DNA of 64,000 bases from Spirochaetia bacterium (GTDB taxonomy: Bacteria > Spirochaetota > Spirochaetia > SZUA-6 > Bin103). Position numbers and translations under genes: made by a program. Positions 39,254 to 48,277 of the stretch are shown here, piece by piece. How positions within the stretch are numbered: the stretch's first letter is position 1; every line of letters starts with the position of its first letter. The notes under the pieces were generated by a model, which was given only the letters and a program-made list of their open reading frames with translations, had not been told where the DNA came from and ran no database searches. Location of the stretch: contig CBDBDQ010000005.1 of assembly GCA_965203905.1 (NCBI GenBank), positions 4,352,001 to 4,416,000 on the forward strand, written 5' to 3'.

Positions 39254-41235
39254 TATCCCTTGATGAACATCTTCGCGGCGTACACCAGCAGGTCGCCCTT
39301 CCAGGACATCGAAGGCCCGTACTCCAGCGGGGCGTTGGCGACCCTGTCCTTGACCACGTAGAGGTGCGGCGTGATGCCGACGGTGCCGATCAGGTAGACG
39401 TTCTCGGCGTGGAAGTCGAACACCTTGGTGAACGCCTCGACGTAGTCAGGGTCGCCGGGCCGGCCATCGGCCCAGTCGTTGATCCAGCCGTAGAGCTGCT
39501 TGATCTCTTCCGGCGGTTCCTCACCGGGGAGCTTGCCGTCGGCGAAGTCGTCGAGCGTCTTGGCGCCGCTCTCCACCTCACCGTTGGCGACTATCCAGTT
39601 GTGCCACTGCCGGGCCCAGGCGAAGTCGCGGCCGCGCCAGTTGTTGCCGTCAACCATCCACGATCGGAGCTCCGGCGATGCCAGCCGGTCGGCGTAGAAG
39701 TCGTGCTGCGCGGCATCCGCGCGCACATTGAGCGCCGAACGTTCGTAGAACTTGATCTCGGTCTTCAGTCCGACGTCCTCCCAGTACTCCTTGACCAGTT
39801 CCAGCACGGGGAGGTGGCCCGCGAACACGTGCTCGATCACGTGCAGGAAGGCATCGCCATCGGGCGTGAGCCGGAAGCCGTCACGGTCGCGCGCGGTGAG
39901 CCCGATCTCGTCCAGCATCACATTGGCCCGTTCCGGGTCGTAGGCCGCGTACGACTGCGCCCACTGGTCCTGGAAGTAGGGACTGTCGGACACGATCGTT
40001 GCCTGCCGTGGCACGCCGACGCCGAAGTAGACGGTGTCGTTGATCTCTTCCCGATTGATCGCCAGCGACAGGGCCTGGCGGAACCGCTTGTTGCGGTACA
40101 TCTCGCGCTTGAACGGGTCGAGATGATTCTGGTTGGGGACGACGATCACCGCTCCGCCGAGGCCGCTCGGGATCTGGTTGACGTGGTACTCGCCGGCGGC
40201 GGCGTTCTCCTGGTACAGGGTGAAGTTGTCGAACGAGGTCCCCAACAGGGCAACGTCAGCCTCACCGGAAATAATCTTCAAGTGGTAGGTCTCCTGGTCG
40301 ACGATCTGCGCCTGTATCTCGTCGACGTAGGGGAGCTGGTTGCCTTCCGGGTCGACTTCCCAATAGTAGGGGTTGCGCTCGTAGCGCTTTCCGGTGGCGG
40401 TGGCCTCGGTCATGATCCACGGGTGGTGGGTCGGCTTGTCGAGGTCCTTGAGCGGGCTCCACCAGTAGTGGTGGTGGAACGCCTTGTCCCACGACTCGAA
40501 TCCCTCCTCCTTGGCCAGCGCCGCGGCGTCCGGGTTGTATTCGATGTGCCACTTCTCCAGGTAGTGCTTGGGGTGGAACACGTTCCAGCCGCCGCCTTCG
40601 ACGGTCGACATCTTGTAGTACATCAGGACGTACGGCACGTCAGTTTCCAGGCGCACCGTGTAGTCGTCGATCTTGATCGCCCGTCTGATCTGGGGAATCC
40701 AGTTCCAGGTGGGCACCAGGTCGTTGAAGTGCAGGGCCTCGTACATGAACACCACGTCGTCGGCGGTCATCGGGTGGCCGTCCGACCACTTGAGCCCCTC
40801 GCGCAGGTGAACGGTCAGGGACATGGCATCGTCGCTGAACTCCAGGGCCTTGGCCATGCTCGGCACCACGTCAAGCGAGCCCTTGACCATGCGGCCGAAG
40901 TAGCCGCCGGTCTCGGTTTCCTCGGCGAGGTCGTTCCAGGGGGAATCGTTGGTGTGGAACACGGTGAACGTGCCGCCGTAGGTGCCGATCACATCGCCCG
41001 GCGCAAACCATGCGACCGCCGGCTCGATCGGCAGCCGTTCATCGACCGGCGGCAACTCGCCGGCAGCCACCAGGGCGGCCAGCATCGGCGCTTCGTTGAA
41101 GCGCGTATCCGGCATGACCGCGGCGGTCTCGCCCGCGGTCGCGTCGGCCCCGTCTTCCGATCCGCCGGCCGCCAGGAGCGTGATCGCCGGCAGCAGCAGA
41201 AGCAGGAACGCAATACTTTGAATGCTCTTACGCAT
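39253..41235 (-). CDS. ABC transporter substrate-binding protein, family 5
   Basis: EAPML..GELPPVDERLP, LREGLKWSDGHP, RNPYYW..GNQLPY, FRQALSLAINR. Confidence 0.93.
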   Translation of the reverse strand: MRKSIQSIAFLLLLLPAITLLAAGGSEDGADATAGETAAVMPDTRFNEAPMLAALVAAGELPPVDERLPIEPAVAWFAPGDVIGTYGGTFTVFHTNDSPWNDLAEETETGGYFGRMVKGSLDVVPSMAKALEFSDDAMSLTVHLREGLKWSDGHPMTADDVVFMYEALHFNDLVPTWNWIPQIRRAIKIDDYTVRLETDVPYVLMYYKMSTVEGGGWNVFHPKHYLEKWHIEYNPDAAALAKEEGFESWDKAFHHHYWWSPLKDLDKPTHHPWIMTEATATGKRYERNPYYWEVDPEGNQLPYVDEIQAQIVDQETYHLKIISGEADVALLGTSFDNFTLYQENAAAGEYHVNQIPSGLGGAVIVVPNQNHLDPFKREMYRNKRFRQALSLAINREEINDTVYFGVGVPRQATIVSDSPYFQDQWAQSYAAYDPERANVMLDEIGLTARDRDGFRLTPDGDAFLHVIEHVFAGHLPVLELVKEYWEDVGLKTEIKFYERSALNVRADAAQHDFYADRLASPELRSWMVDGNNWRGRDFAWARQWHNWIVANGEVESGAKTLDDFADGKLPGEEPPEEIKQLYGWINDWADGRPGDPDYVEAFTKVFDFHAENVYLIGTVGITPHLYVVKDRVANAPLEYGPSMSWKGDLLVYAAKMFIKG

Positions 41236-41268
41236 AAGGCTTCTCCTCTTGCTCGAACCCGTTCGATC

Positions 41269-41296
41269 TCGCCGGCCCGCGGTTGCAGGCCGGCGA
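41269..41296 (-). terminator. GC-rich hairpin between the two binding-protein genes (stabiliser or partial terminator)
   Basis: Perfect 9-bp stem TCGCCGGCC / GGCCGGCGA with a 10-nt loop; no U tract. Confidence 0.4.
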
Positions 41297-41329
41297 CCAC
41301 TGGTGGCCGTGCGGCCGTGCCTGACGGCC

Positions 41330-43306
41330 CTACGGCTGTCTGATGAACAACTTGTCGGCGGAGGTGAGCAGGTCTCCCGGCCAGGTGGCCTCCGGCTTGT
41401 AGAAGGTCGGGTAGTTGGCGACCCGGTTCTTGTAGATGCCGAGGGTCGGCGTGACCCCCACCGAGCCGATCAGATAGAGCTGCTCGGCGTGGATGTCGAA
41501 CACCTTCCGGAACGCCTCGATGTACTCGGGGGATCCGTAGGCGCTGCTGCCCCAGGCGATGACCGCGTCGTCCAGCTCCTTCACGATGTCCGGCGGCTCT
41601 TCCCCCGGAATCTTGCCGTCGGCGAAGTCGTCCAGGGTCTTGGCTCCGCTCTCCAGGTCGCGCGTGGCCCGGATCCAGAGGCCCCAGTTCACGGCGTAGA
41701 AGCGGGAGTCGTACTCCGTGGCCTTGGCGGCGTCCGTGTACTCCCTGAACTCGGCCGAGCTGATGGTTCCGGTGAGGATGTTGTCGGTACCGGCGTTGTG
41801 GCGCTGCCAGAGATCGCCGCGCAGCCTGATCTCGGTCTTCAGGCCGACCGCCTCGAAGTGCTCCTTGTACAACTCCAGGACCGGTACGTCGGCCTCGTTG
41901 TTGTGCTCCAGGATCTGCAGGAACGCCTCGCCATCCGGCCTGGTACGGAACCCGTCCTCGTCGCGGGCGGTCAGGCCGAGCTCGTCCAGCAGCGCGGACG
42001 CCGCATCGGGATCGTGCTGCGCGTAGGCCTGCTCCCACTCCTGCTTGAACCAGGGATTGGTGGAGACGATGGTGGCCGAGCGCGGCACGCCGACACCAAA
42101 GAACACCAGATCGTTGATCTCGTCGCGGTTCATGGCCAGCGACAGCGCGCGCCGGAAGCGTACGTCGCGGTACATCTCCCTGGTGAACGGATCCTCGTGG
42201 AACTGGTTGGGAATCAGCACGCTCGCTCCCACCACGGGAGCCGGTATCTGCACTACCCGGTAGTCGCCGGCGGCCTCGTTCTCCTTGTACAGGGTGAAGT
42301 TGTCGAAGCGGGTGCCGAGCACCGCGAAGTCCGCCTCGCCGGCGATGATCTTGAGGTGGTAGGTCTCGCCGTCGACGATCTGCGCCTGGATGTGGTCCAC
42401 GTAAGGCAACTGGTTGCCGGCCGCATCCACCTTCCAGTAGTACGGGTTGCGCTCGTAGCGCTTGCCGGTGTTGGTGCGCTCGGTGAGGATCCAGGGATGG
42501 TGGGTGGGCTGCTCCAGGTCCTGCTGCGGGGCCCAGAAGAAGTGGTGGTTGAAGGCCTCGTCCCAGGTCTTGAAGCCCTCTTCCTTGGCCAGCGCATCAG
42601 CCTCCGGGTTGTGGTTGATGTGCCACTTCTTCAGGTAGTGGAAGGGGTGGAACACCTGCCAGCCGCCGCCGGGCGGGCTGGCATGCTTGGCCAGCAGCGC
42701 GTGGTACGGCTCATCGGTCTCGAAGCGTACGGTGTAGTCGTCGATCTTGATCGCGCGCTTGATCTGCGGGATCCAGTTCCAGGTGGTGACCTTGTCGTTC
42801 CAGTGCGCATCCTCGTACATGAACACGTAGTCGTCGGCCGTCATCGGGTGTCCGTCAGACCACTTCGTCCCCTCGCGCAGGTAGAATGTGACGCTCATCG
42901 CGTCGTCGGCCATTTCGGCGCGGCGCACCAGCAGCGGCTCCAGCGCGTTGGTGTCGGGATTGGCGCGTATCACGTAGCCGCCGATCTCCGTCTCGTACCC
43001 GAGATCGGCCCACGGATTGATGCTGGTGTGGAACACCGTGAGGGTGCCCCCGTATGAGCCGATCTGGTCGTCCGCGGCAAAGTAGACCAGCGCGGGCTCC
43101 AGCGGCAGGCGCTCGTCGACCGGCGGCAGCTCGCCCGCGGCCACCATCGCGGCCAGCATCGGCGCTTCGTTGTAGCGGCCCAGCGCCATATCGTCCGAGG
43201 TCTCGGGTGCGGCGCCTTGTTCGCCCTCGCCACCGGCGGCCACCCCTGCCAAAGCCGGCAGCAATAGCAGCGCACCGATGCACAGGTACATAACGGTCTT
43301 GTTCAT
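41330..43306 (-). CDS. ABC transporter substrate-binding protein, family 5 (paralog of the adjacent gene)
   Basis: Same motifs as 39253-41235 with long identical blocks; GGGGGAG RBS. Confidence 0.93.
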   Translation of the reverse strand: MNKTVMYLCIGALLLLPALAGVAAGGEGEQGAAPETSDDMALGRYNEAPMLAAMVAAGELPPVDERLPLEPALVYFAADDQIGSYGGTLTVFHTSINPWADLGYETEIGGYVIRANPDTNALEPLLVRRAEMADDAMSVTFYLREGTKWSDGHPMTADDYVFMYEDAHWNDKVTTWNWIPQIKRAIKIDDYTVRFETDEPYHALLAKHASPPGGGWQVFHPFHYLKKWHINHNPEADALAKEEGFKTWDEAFNHHFFWAPQQDLEQPTHHPWILTERTNTGKRYERNPYYWKVDAAGNQLPYVDHIQAQIVDGETYHLKIIAGEADFAVLGTRFDNFTLYKENEAAGDYRVVQIPAPVVGASVLIPNQFHEDPFTREMYRDVRFRRALSLAMNRDEINDLVFFGVGVPRSATIVSTNPWFKQEWEQAYAQHDPDAASALLDELGLTARDEDGFRTRPDGEAFLQILEHNNEADVPVLELYKEHFEAVGLKTEIRLRGDLWQRHNAGTDNILTGTISSAEFREYTDAAKATEYDSRFYAVNWGLWIRATRDLESGAKTLDDFADGKIPGEEPPDIVKELDDAVIAWGSSAYGSPEYIEAFRKVFDIHAEQLYLIGSVGVTPTLGIYKNRVANYPTFYKPEATWPGDLLTSADKLFIRQP

Positions 43307-43494
43307 AACGGGACTCCCCCCTTGGATGAATCGAGGATCGCCGGTACTCGCAGGCAGTCCGCGACACCAGCGGTTGCCGCAGGAACTGTACCACCCGTCG
43401 GGAAGGGCCGCAACTAACTTGGGATTGTGCGGTCCTCGGCGACCGGGGCAACCGACCGGTTGCCGTGCCGATCCCGGTCCGCTACACTGCGGAC

Positions 43495-43920
43495 ATGTGG
43501 CCGGCGTTCGGGTTCTTCACCCTGCTGCCCATCCTGTTCATCTTCCTGGTGCTGCACATGGTGCGCGTCGCACTGCGCGAAACCCGCACCCAGCGTCGGC
43601 CCGAAGCGCCGTGGGGCCGCGACCATGGGGAACAGAGGGCAGTGCACGAACGGAGGGCAGGGCACGAAGCGCCACGCCGCAGCCGCCTGGAGAACCGGGT
43701 ATTCCGTCTCGCCTACCGGCTCGGCGGACGCCTCACGGTGTCCGACCTGGTGGTCGACCTGGACTTCAGCATTGAGGAGGCGGAGAGCTTTCTCAACCGG
43801 CTCGTCGACAGCACCCGCGTCACCATGGAGGTGCGCGACGACGGCCTGGTCTATTACGAGTTCCCCGAGATCATCGCCCGCCGGAACCGCGACGACGACG
43901 ACCTGCCCTCCCGCATGTAG
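43495..43920 (+). CDS. Membrane-anchored protein with winged-helix-like C-terminal domain
   Basis: TM FGFFTLLPILFIFLVL; VFRLAYRLGGRLTVSDLV..EEAESFLNRLV..GLVYYEFPE; TACACT 6 nt before ATG 43495. Confidence 0.78.
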   Translation: MWPAFGFFTLLPILFIFLVLHMVRVALRETRTQRRPEAPWGRDHGEQRAVHERRAGHEAPRRSRLENRVFRLAYRLGGRLTVSDLVVDLDFSIEEAESFLNRLVDSTRVTMEVRDDGLVYYEFPEIIARRNRDDDDLPSRM

Positions 43921-43988
43921 TCCCCGCGGTCGGCGCCCCTGCCGGAGCAGCCCGGCCGGAGTAGCACCGGCGCGACCGTTCAATACGC

Positions 43989-44135
43989 TCACTGGGGTTC
44001 GGTTTCGATTGGTTCGGATTCGTCGCGATCGTCGATGCGGTCGTCCTGCACGCTGAATGAGTCACCTAACAGGAGCGGGATGATGATCATTACCGCCGCG
44101 ACGCCTACACCCACAAGCCAGAGGAACTCGTTCAT
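43989..44135 (-). CDS. Small (48 aa) single-TM protein with acidic tail; below ORF-track cutoff
   Basis: Manual translation MNEFLWLVGVGVAAVMIIIPLLLGDSFSVQDDRIDDRDESEPIETEPQ*; RBS is weak. Confidence 0.5.
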   Translation of the reverse strand: MNEFLWLVGVGVAAVMIIIPLLLGDSFSVQDDRIDDRDESEPIETEPQ

Positions 44136-44298
44136 TACAAGACCCGCGACTGGGGTTCAGCCAGCGCTGCAATCACTACGCGGGACGGAAACAGTGAATG
44201 AGGGGTCGGGGGTTGGACAGTAACGATCCCGGTGAAGAGATGCATACATCCCCCGACGCCTCGCAATCAGGCTACAATCAACCTGCGGAGTCCTGGCA

Positions 44299-44538
44299 CG
44301 ACAATTCGCGAAACAAGCCCATTTGTTCGCGGTTTCGTAAAATGGCGGCTCGTTCGCTCGGGTTGTCCGCGATTTCGCGAGTTGGAGTTCCTGAAATCTG
44401 CAAGATCGCCGGTTGCACGGCTGGTACGAACTCACGCCGCCGTTGCGGTTCGCGCTGCTTCCCTTGGGTGAAGGCGACGGCATACGCGAATTCGCGATCC
44501 AATGCCCTGACGGTGCCGAATCCGTTCGCGAATTCGCG
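44299..44538. promoter_or_regulatory. Cluster of TTCGC / CGCGAATTCGCG-like motifs upstream of the LytTR gene (putative operators)
   Basis: NTTCGC at 44304, 44325, 44352, 44373, 44448, 44490, 44524 and 44532; perfect CGCGAATTCGCG at 44485 and 44527. Confidence 0.6.
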
Positions 44539-44712
44539 TGAACTGCATGTAAGAATCCGATCGAGATGTGTCCAGAGCAGTCCATTTGTCGTCTGTGGAC
44601 TGCGTCAGGAGTTGATGTGGGCCGGGTGAATGAGGCACTATTGTTTGCGATGTCTGGACATAGGCAACGTGAGGCAGGTCAGGTTGGTGACGTCGATCCG
44701 CGCAGTGGGATC

Positions 44713-45816
44713 ATGGAGCTGGCGTACCTGGAGTTGCTCAGACCATCGATGATACTGATCATGCTCGTGATGGCCGCCACTGCCGTGGGGGTATTCGCGG
44801 TGCTCGGCCCAATGGGTACTTTCGAGGCGCTTACCCCGCTGCAGCGCTTGTTGTTCGGGACAGTGTATGCCGTAATCGGCTGGCCACTCGGCTATTCCAC
44901 GTTCGTCGTGGCATGTTATTTCATGCGCTTTCGGTCGCCGCTCGAGATGGTTTTCGGGCTGACGCTGGTATCGCTGTTCACAGCCATCCCCTGCGCCGCC
45001 GTGGTCCACACGGTCGAGACGTTGGTGCACCCGGACTACACTGCGGCCGCCGGCTTGGGCCGGGTGTACGTGATGGTGGCGACGGCGGGCGTCGCGAACG
45101 GGTTTCTGGTGGTGTACCTGGTGTACCAGCGCATCAAGCATGCCAGTGCGCTTGCTGCCGCCTCGGCAGAGATTGAGCAGGTAGCTGAGGCTGTCACTCG
45201 CGAGGCCCCGGACGAGGTTCCGGACGAGGCCCAAGAAGAGGCCCCGGACGAGGTTCCGGACGAGCCAGTGCCCACAGTGGCTGCCGCCGAGACCGATATT
45301 GCCAGCGCTACGGCGCGCGCCAGGCGCAGTGCCCCAGACGACACCGGCACGGGAGTCGGCGACCCCGATTCGGACGAATCACCCGGTCGTTCCAACGGTG
45401 CCATGTCCTTCACGCCAGAGACGCCGCGCGTTGAGCGTGCCGAAAGGGTGCCGCGACGAGTCGCCTATCGTCGCAGTGATGGTACGCCCCGCGGGCGTTT
45501 CCTGGGACAACTTCCCGTGGAACTGGGCGACGACGTAATCTACCTCAAGAGCGAAGACCACTACGTCCACGTATGCACTACGGCAGGTTCCAGCCTGATC
45601 AAGATGCGGTTTGCGGACGCCATCGCGGCGCTTGGCGACGCCGGGATTCGGGCACACCGCAGTTACTGGGTCGCTCTCGATCACATGCAGGAATTGACCA
45701 AGCGCGATCGCAAGTTGTTACTGCGTCTCAGCGGTGACCACGAGGCACCGGTGAGTGCTCGATACCTCCCCGCCGTGCGCACGGCTCTCAAGCTGCCGGC
45801 GCCGCCTGTTGACTGA
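44713..45816 (+). CDS. Membrane-anchored LytTR DNA-binding domain protein
   Basis: About four N-terminal TM helices, acidic linker, C-terminal VIYLKSEDHYVHV..MRFADAI..GIRAHRSYWVA..PVSARY; start could be 44650. Confidence 0.9.
   Translation: MELAYLELLRPSMILIMLVMAATAVGVFAVLGPMGTFEALTPLQRLLFGTVYAVIGWPLGYSTFVVACYFMRFRSPLEMVFGLTLVSLFTAIPCAAVVHTVETLVHPDYTAAAGLGRVYVMVATAGVANGFLVVYLVYQRIKHASALAAASAEIEQVAEAVTREAPDEVPDEAQEEAPDEVPDEPVPTVAAAETDIASATARARRSAPDDTGTGVGDPDSDESPGRSNGAMSFTPETPRVERAERVPRRVAYRRSDGTPRGRFLGQLPVELGDDVIYLKSEDHYVHVCTTAGSSLIKMRFADAIAALGDAGIRAHRSYWVALDHMQELTKRDRKLLLRLSGDHEAPVSARYLPAVRTALKLPAPPVD
45202..45264 (+). repeat. 27-bp direct repeat in the LytTR linker (EAPDEVPDE x2)
   Basis: GAGGCCCCGGACGAGGTTCCGGACGAG at 45202 and 45238. 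Confidence 0.9.
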
Positions 45817-45903
45817 TACTGAACAACGGCCAAGGGCATGACCGTCGACGACGACGTTGCCGTGGAGCGCGTGTGGCTCCGTACGCTGGTAGCGACACCA
45901 CCA

Positions 45904-45963
45904 GTTCGCGAACTCGCGCTATTCTACGAATTCACGAACTAACGGACGTTTCGCGAATTCGAC
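45904..45963. promoter_or_regulatory. Second cluster of the same motif, downstream of the LytTR gene
   Basis: TTCGCGAA at 45905 and 45950, TTCACGAA at 45931; 12-mers CGCGAACTCGCG (45907), TACGAATTCACG (45925), CGCGAATTCGAC (45952). Confidence 0.6.
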
Positions 45964-46032
45964 CGATTCAGGCCACCCGATTGCAGTACCATACGTCCAA
46001 CACCGCAACGACGTGATTCTTGTTGCCGGAGG

Positions 46033-46311
46033 ATGGAGCTGGTGCAGGTGGACACAGGGCAAGTCCGACATCGGAACGAACCGGAAGATTCTGTCGCAGC
46101 ACTCGTTGCTGACTTGGCGGCCGGGGTAGCATTCCTGCGTGCCTGCATTCTTCAGAGCAGCGACTCCAGGCAAGCGTACACCACGTTGCTTCATGTCCTC
46201 GGAGTCTTCGAGGAGACGATTCTCGCTGACTCGGATTCATGCAAAGAAATGACTCGGATTCTCGCCTCTTTGGGAATCTGCCTTCCTGGCGAGGGCGAGA
46301 CCTGTGCGTAG
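46033..46311 (+). CDS. Small hypothetical helical protein
   Basis: 92-aa ORF with balanced composition, GGAGG near the start, directly after the motif cluster; no family recognised. Confidence 0.45.
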   Translation: MELVQVDTGQVRHRNEPEDSVAALVADLAAGVAFLRACILQSSDSRQAYTTLLHVLGVFEETILADSDSCKEMTRILASLGICLPGEGETCA

Positions 46312-46389
46312 CCGCGCAACGCGAGGACGACATGCACCAGGTCTCCACGTCGAGAGATACCGAGCTTGGTGTGGGTGGATCGCGGCGGG

Positions 46390-47202
46390 CTATTCGGCTC
46401 TTGACCACGATCTGCCCTCTGGGGTGTAGTCCTCGCCGGTCGCCGCAGCTGCCCGGCCGGATGCGCCGGTCCAGCGCAGGCCGCCGTCGGCCTGTGCCAC
46501 CAGAGTCAGGTCCACACCGTGGCGCCGCGCCAGGATACGGCGCGTGTTGGCCTCGTCGACCCGGGCGAAGTGGGCCGCGGCATCTGCCGCCGCGCGTCCG
46601 CCGCGACGGTGGCGCGCGACGACCCGCGGCCGCACGGTAGCGAGCGCACACTCCAGGAACAGGCAGAGGTGGGCGTGGGCACGCAACTCGCGCCAGCCGC
46701 GGTCGTCCAGCGCCAGGAAGGTGCCTTCCACCAGCATCACACCGGTGGCGGCCGGAACGATGGCCCCCTGCACCGGGTCGTGGATGCGCCTGTCGTAGCG
46801 CGGCCAGCGTAGCGGCCGGCCGCCCTTGAGGGCGGCGAGGCTGGCGCTCAGTCGATCCAGGTCGTAGGTGTCCGGGAGCCCCTTGCGGGTCGCCAGCCCG
46901 CGCCCGCGCAGTTCCGCGTTGCTGAGATGGAACCCGTCCATGGGCAGAGTCTGCAGCGGCAACGGCGGTCGCAGGCTGCCACCGATCTGCTCCAGGACCG
47001 CAGCCAGCGTGGACTTGCCGCTGCCGGGCGGGCCGGCCAGCAGCACCACGTAGCGTGTCCCACCGGCGTCGCACGCCTGCCGGTAGCCGCGTTCCAGCCG
47101 CCACGCCAACGGCAGGTGCACGCTTTCCATCTGGTTGCGCGACAGGTGCAGCTTCGCGTCGTGGCCCGCCACCTCCAGCAGGAAACAACAGCGCGGCGTC
47201 AC
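46390..47202 (-). CDS. P-loop kinase, YggC / pantothenate-kinase-like family
   Basis: AGPPGSGKST, PMDGFH, KGLPDTYD, WPRYDRRIHDP, LVEG; GTG start 47202 inferred. Confidence 0.87.
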   Translation of the reverse strand: MTPRCCFLLEVAGHDAKLHLSRNQMESVHLPLAWRLERGYRQACDAGGTRYVVLLAGPPGSGKSTLAAVLEQIGGSLRPPLPLQTLPMDGFHLSNAELRGRGLATRKGLPDTYDLDRLSASLAALKGGRPLRWPRYDRRIHDPVQGAIVPAATGVMLVEGTFLALDDRGWRELRAHAHLCLFLECALATVRPRVVARHRRGGRAAADAAAHFARVDEANTRRILARRHGVDLTLVAQADGGLRWTGASGRAAAATGEDYTPEGRSWSRAE

Positions 47203-47243
47203 GGCGCTGGACCGCCGGGCCGCGGTCGGTACAATACTCCCTC

Positions 47244-48227
47244 GTGGAAGCCAACTCGCACCCCGACGCAGCCCGGCAGATGGCTGCGGCGTGCTCCGAT
47301 CTGCTGGAGAGCATGGATGCCGAACAGCGCGCGCGTGCCACCTTTCCCTACCTCGACGGCGAGCGGCTGTTCTGGTACTACCCGCCGCTGAATCGCCACG
47401 GACTGCCGTTGCTGGCCATGAGCGACGAGCAGCAAGGGCTGGCAAAGCGCATCATGGAGGTCTCGCTGTCCGAGAAGGGCTTCGAGCAGGCGTGTGCGAT
47501 CATCGACCACGAGTTGATCCTCGGGGAGCAGGAACGCGCCGAGGGCAGCCTGCATTGGGCCCGCGACCCCGGCCGCTACTACTTTACCATCTTCGGCGAT
47601 CCCCACTCCGCCGACCCGTGGGGCTGGCGCGCGGAGGGCCATCACCTGTCGCTCCACTTCAGCGTGTGGGGGCGGCGGGTAATCTCGATGACGCCGTTCT
47701 TCTTCGGATCCAATCCGGCGGAGGTACTGCACGGCCCCAAGCGCGGCCTGCGCATTCTGGCGCGGCGCGAGGACCTGGCATTCGAGTTGATGGAGAGCCT
47801 CGACCGGGGGCAGCAGTCGAAGGCCATCATCTACGACAAGGCCCCCTACGACATCCTCACCTACAACAGCACGCGGGCGGTGCTGCCGCGCGAGGAGGGC
47901 CTGCCGGCGCGCCGGCTCGACTCGGCGCAGCGGGCGCTGCTCACCGCGTTGGTGGAGACCTACGTCAGCCAGGTGCGCAGCGACGTGGCACGCCACAAGC
48001 TGGAGCACCTGCGCCGCGAGGGGATCGATCATCTCTCCGTCGCCTGGGCCGGTCCGGTGGCGCGGCGCGAGGGCCACTACTACCGCATCCACGGGGGCAA
48101 CTTCCTGGTGGAGTTCGACAACTGCCAGAATCAGGCCAACCACGTGCACTCGGTATGGCGCGACCTGGAGAACGACTTCGCGCAAGACGTGCTGCGGGAC
48201 CATCTGCTGCTGTACCACACCCACTGA
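47244..48227 (+). CDS. DUF3500 domain protein, cytoplasmic
   Basis: RDPGRYYFTIFGDP, WGWRAEGHHLS, TPFFFGSNP, YYRIHG, NHVHSVWRDLENDF. Confidence 0.88.
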   Translation: MEANSHPDAARQMAAACSDLLESMDAEQRARATFPYLDGERLFWYYPPLNRHGLPLLAMSDEQQGLAKRIMEVSLSEKGFEQACAIIDHELILGEQERAEGSLHWARDPGRYYFTIFGDPHSADPWGWRAEGHHLSLHFSVWGRRVISMTPFFFGSNPAEVLHGPKRGLRILARREDLAFELMESLDRGQQSKAIIYDKAPYDILTYNSTRAVLPREEGLPARRLDSAQRALLTALVETYVSQVRSDVARHKLEHLRREGIDHLSVAWAGPVARREGHYYRIHGGNFLVEFDNCQNQANHVHSVWRDLENDFAQDVLRDHLLLYHTH

Positions 48228-48277
48228 GCGCGGCCGCACTTCGAGGCCCGGCGCCGTGCGGATCAAACTGCTGCGTG

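Noticed and set aside
39364-43057. Long plus-strand ORFs 39364-41343 and 41222-43057 (likewise 57327-59114 and 2950-4737 on the minus strand)
   Set aside because: Antisense shadows of well-supported genes, expected at high GC; they carry no motifs.
44299-44538. Motif cluster as a CRISPR array, or as synthetic Dickerson-dodecamer contamination
   Set aside because: Repeats are 12 bp or shorter, degenerate and irregularly spaced, with no cas genes. Natural variants on both sides of the gene argue against a synthetic origin.
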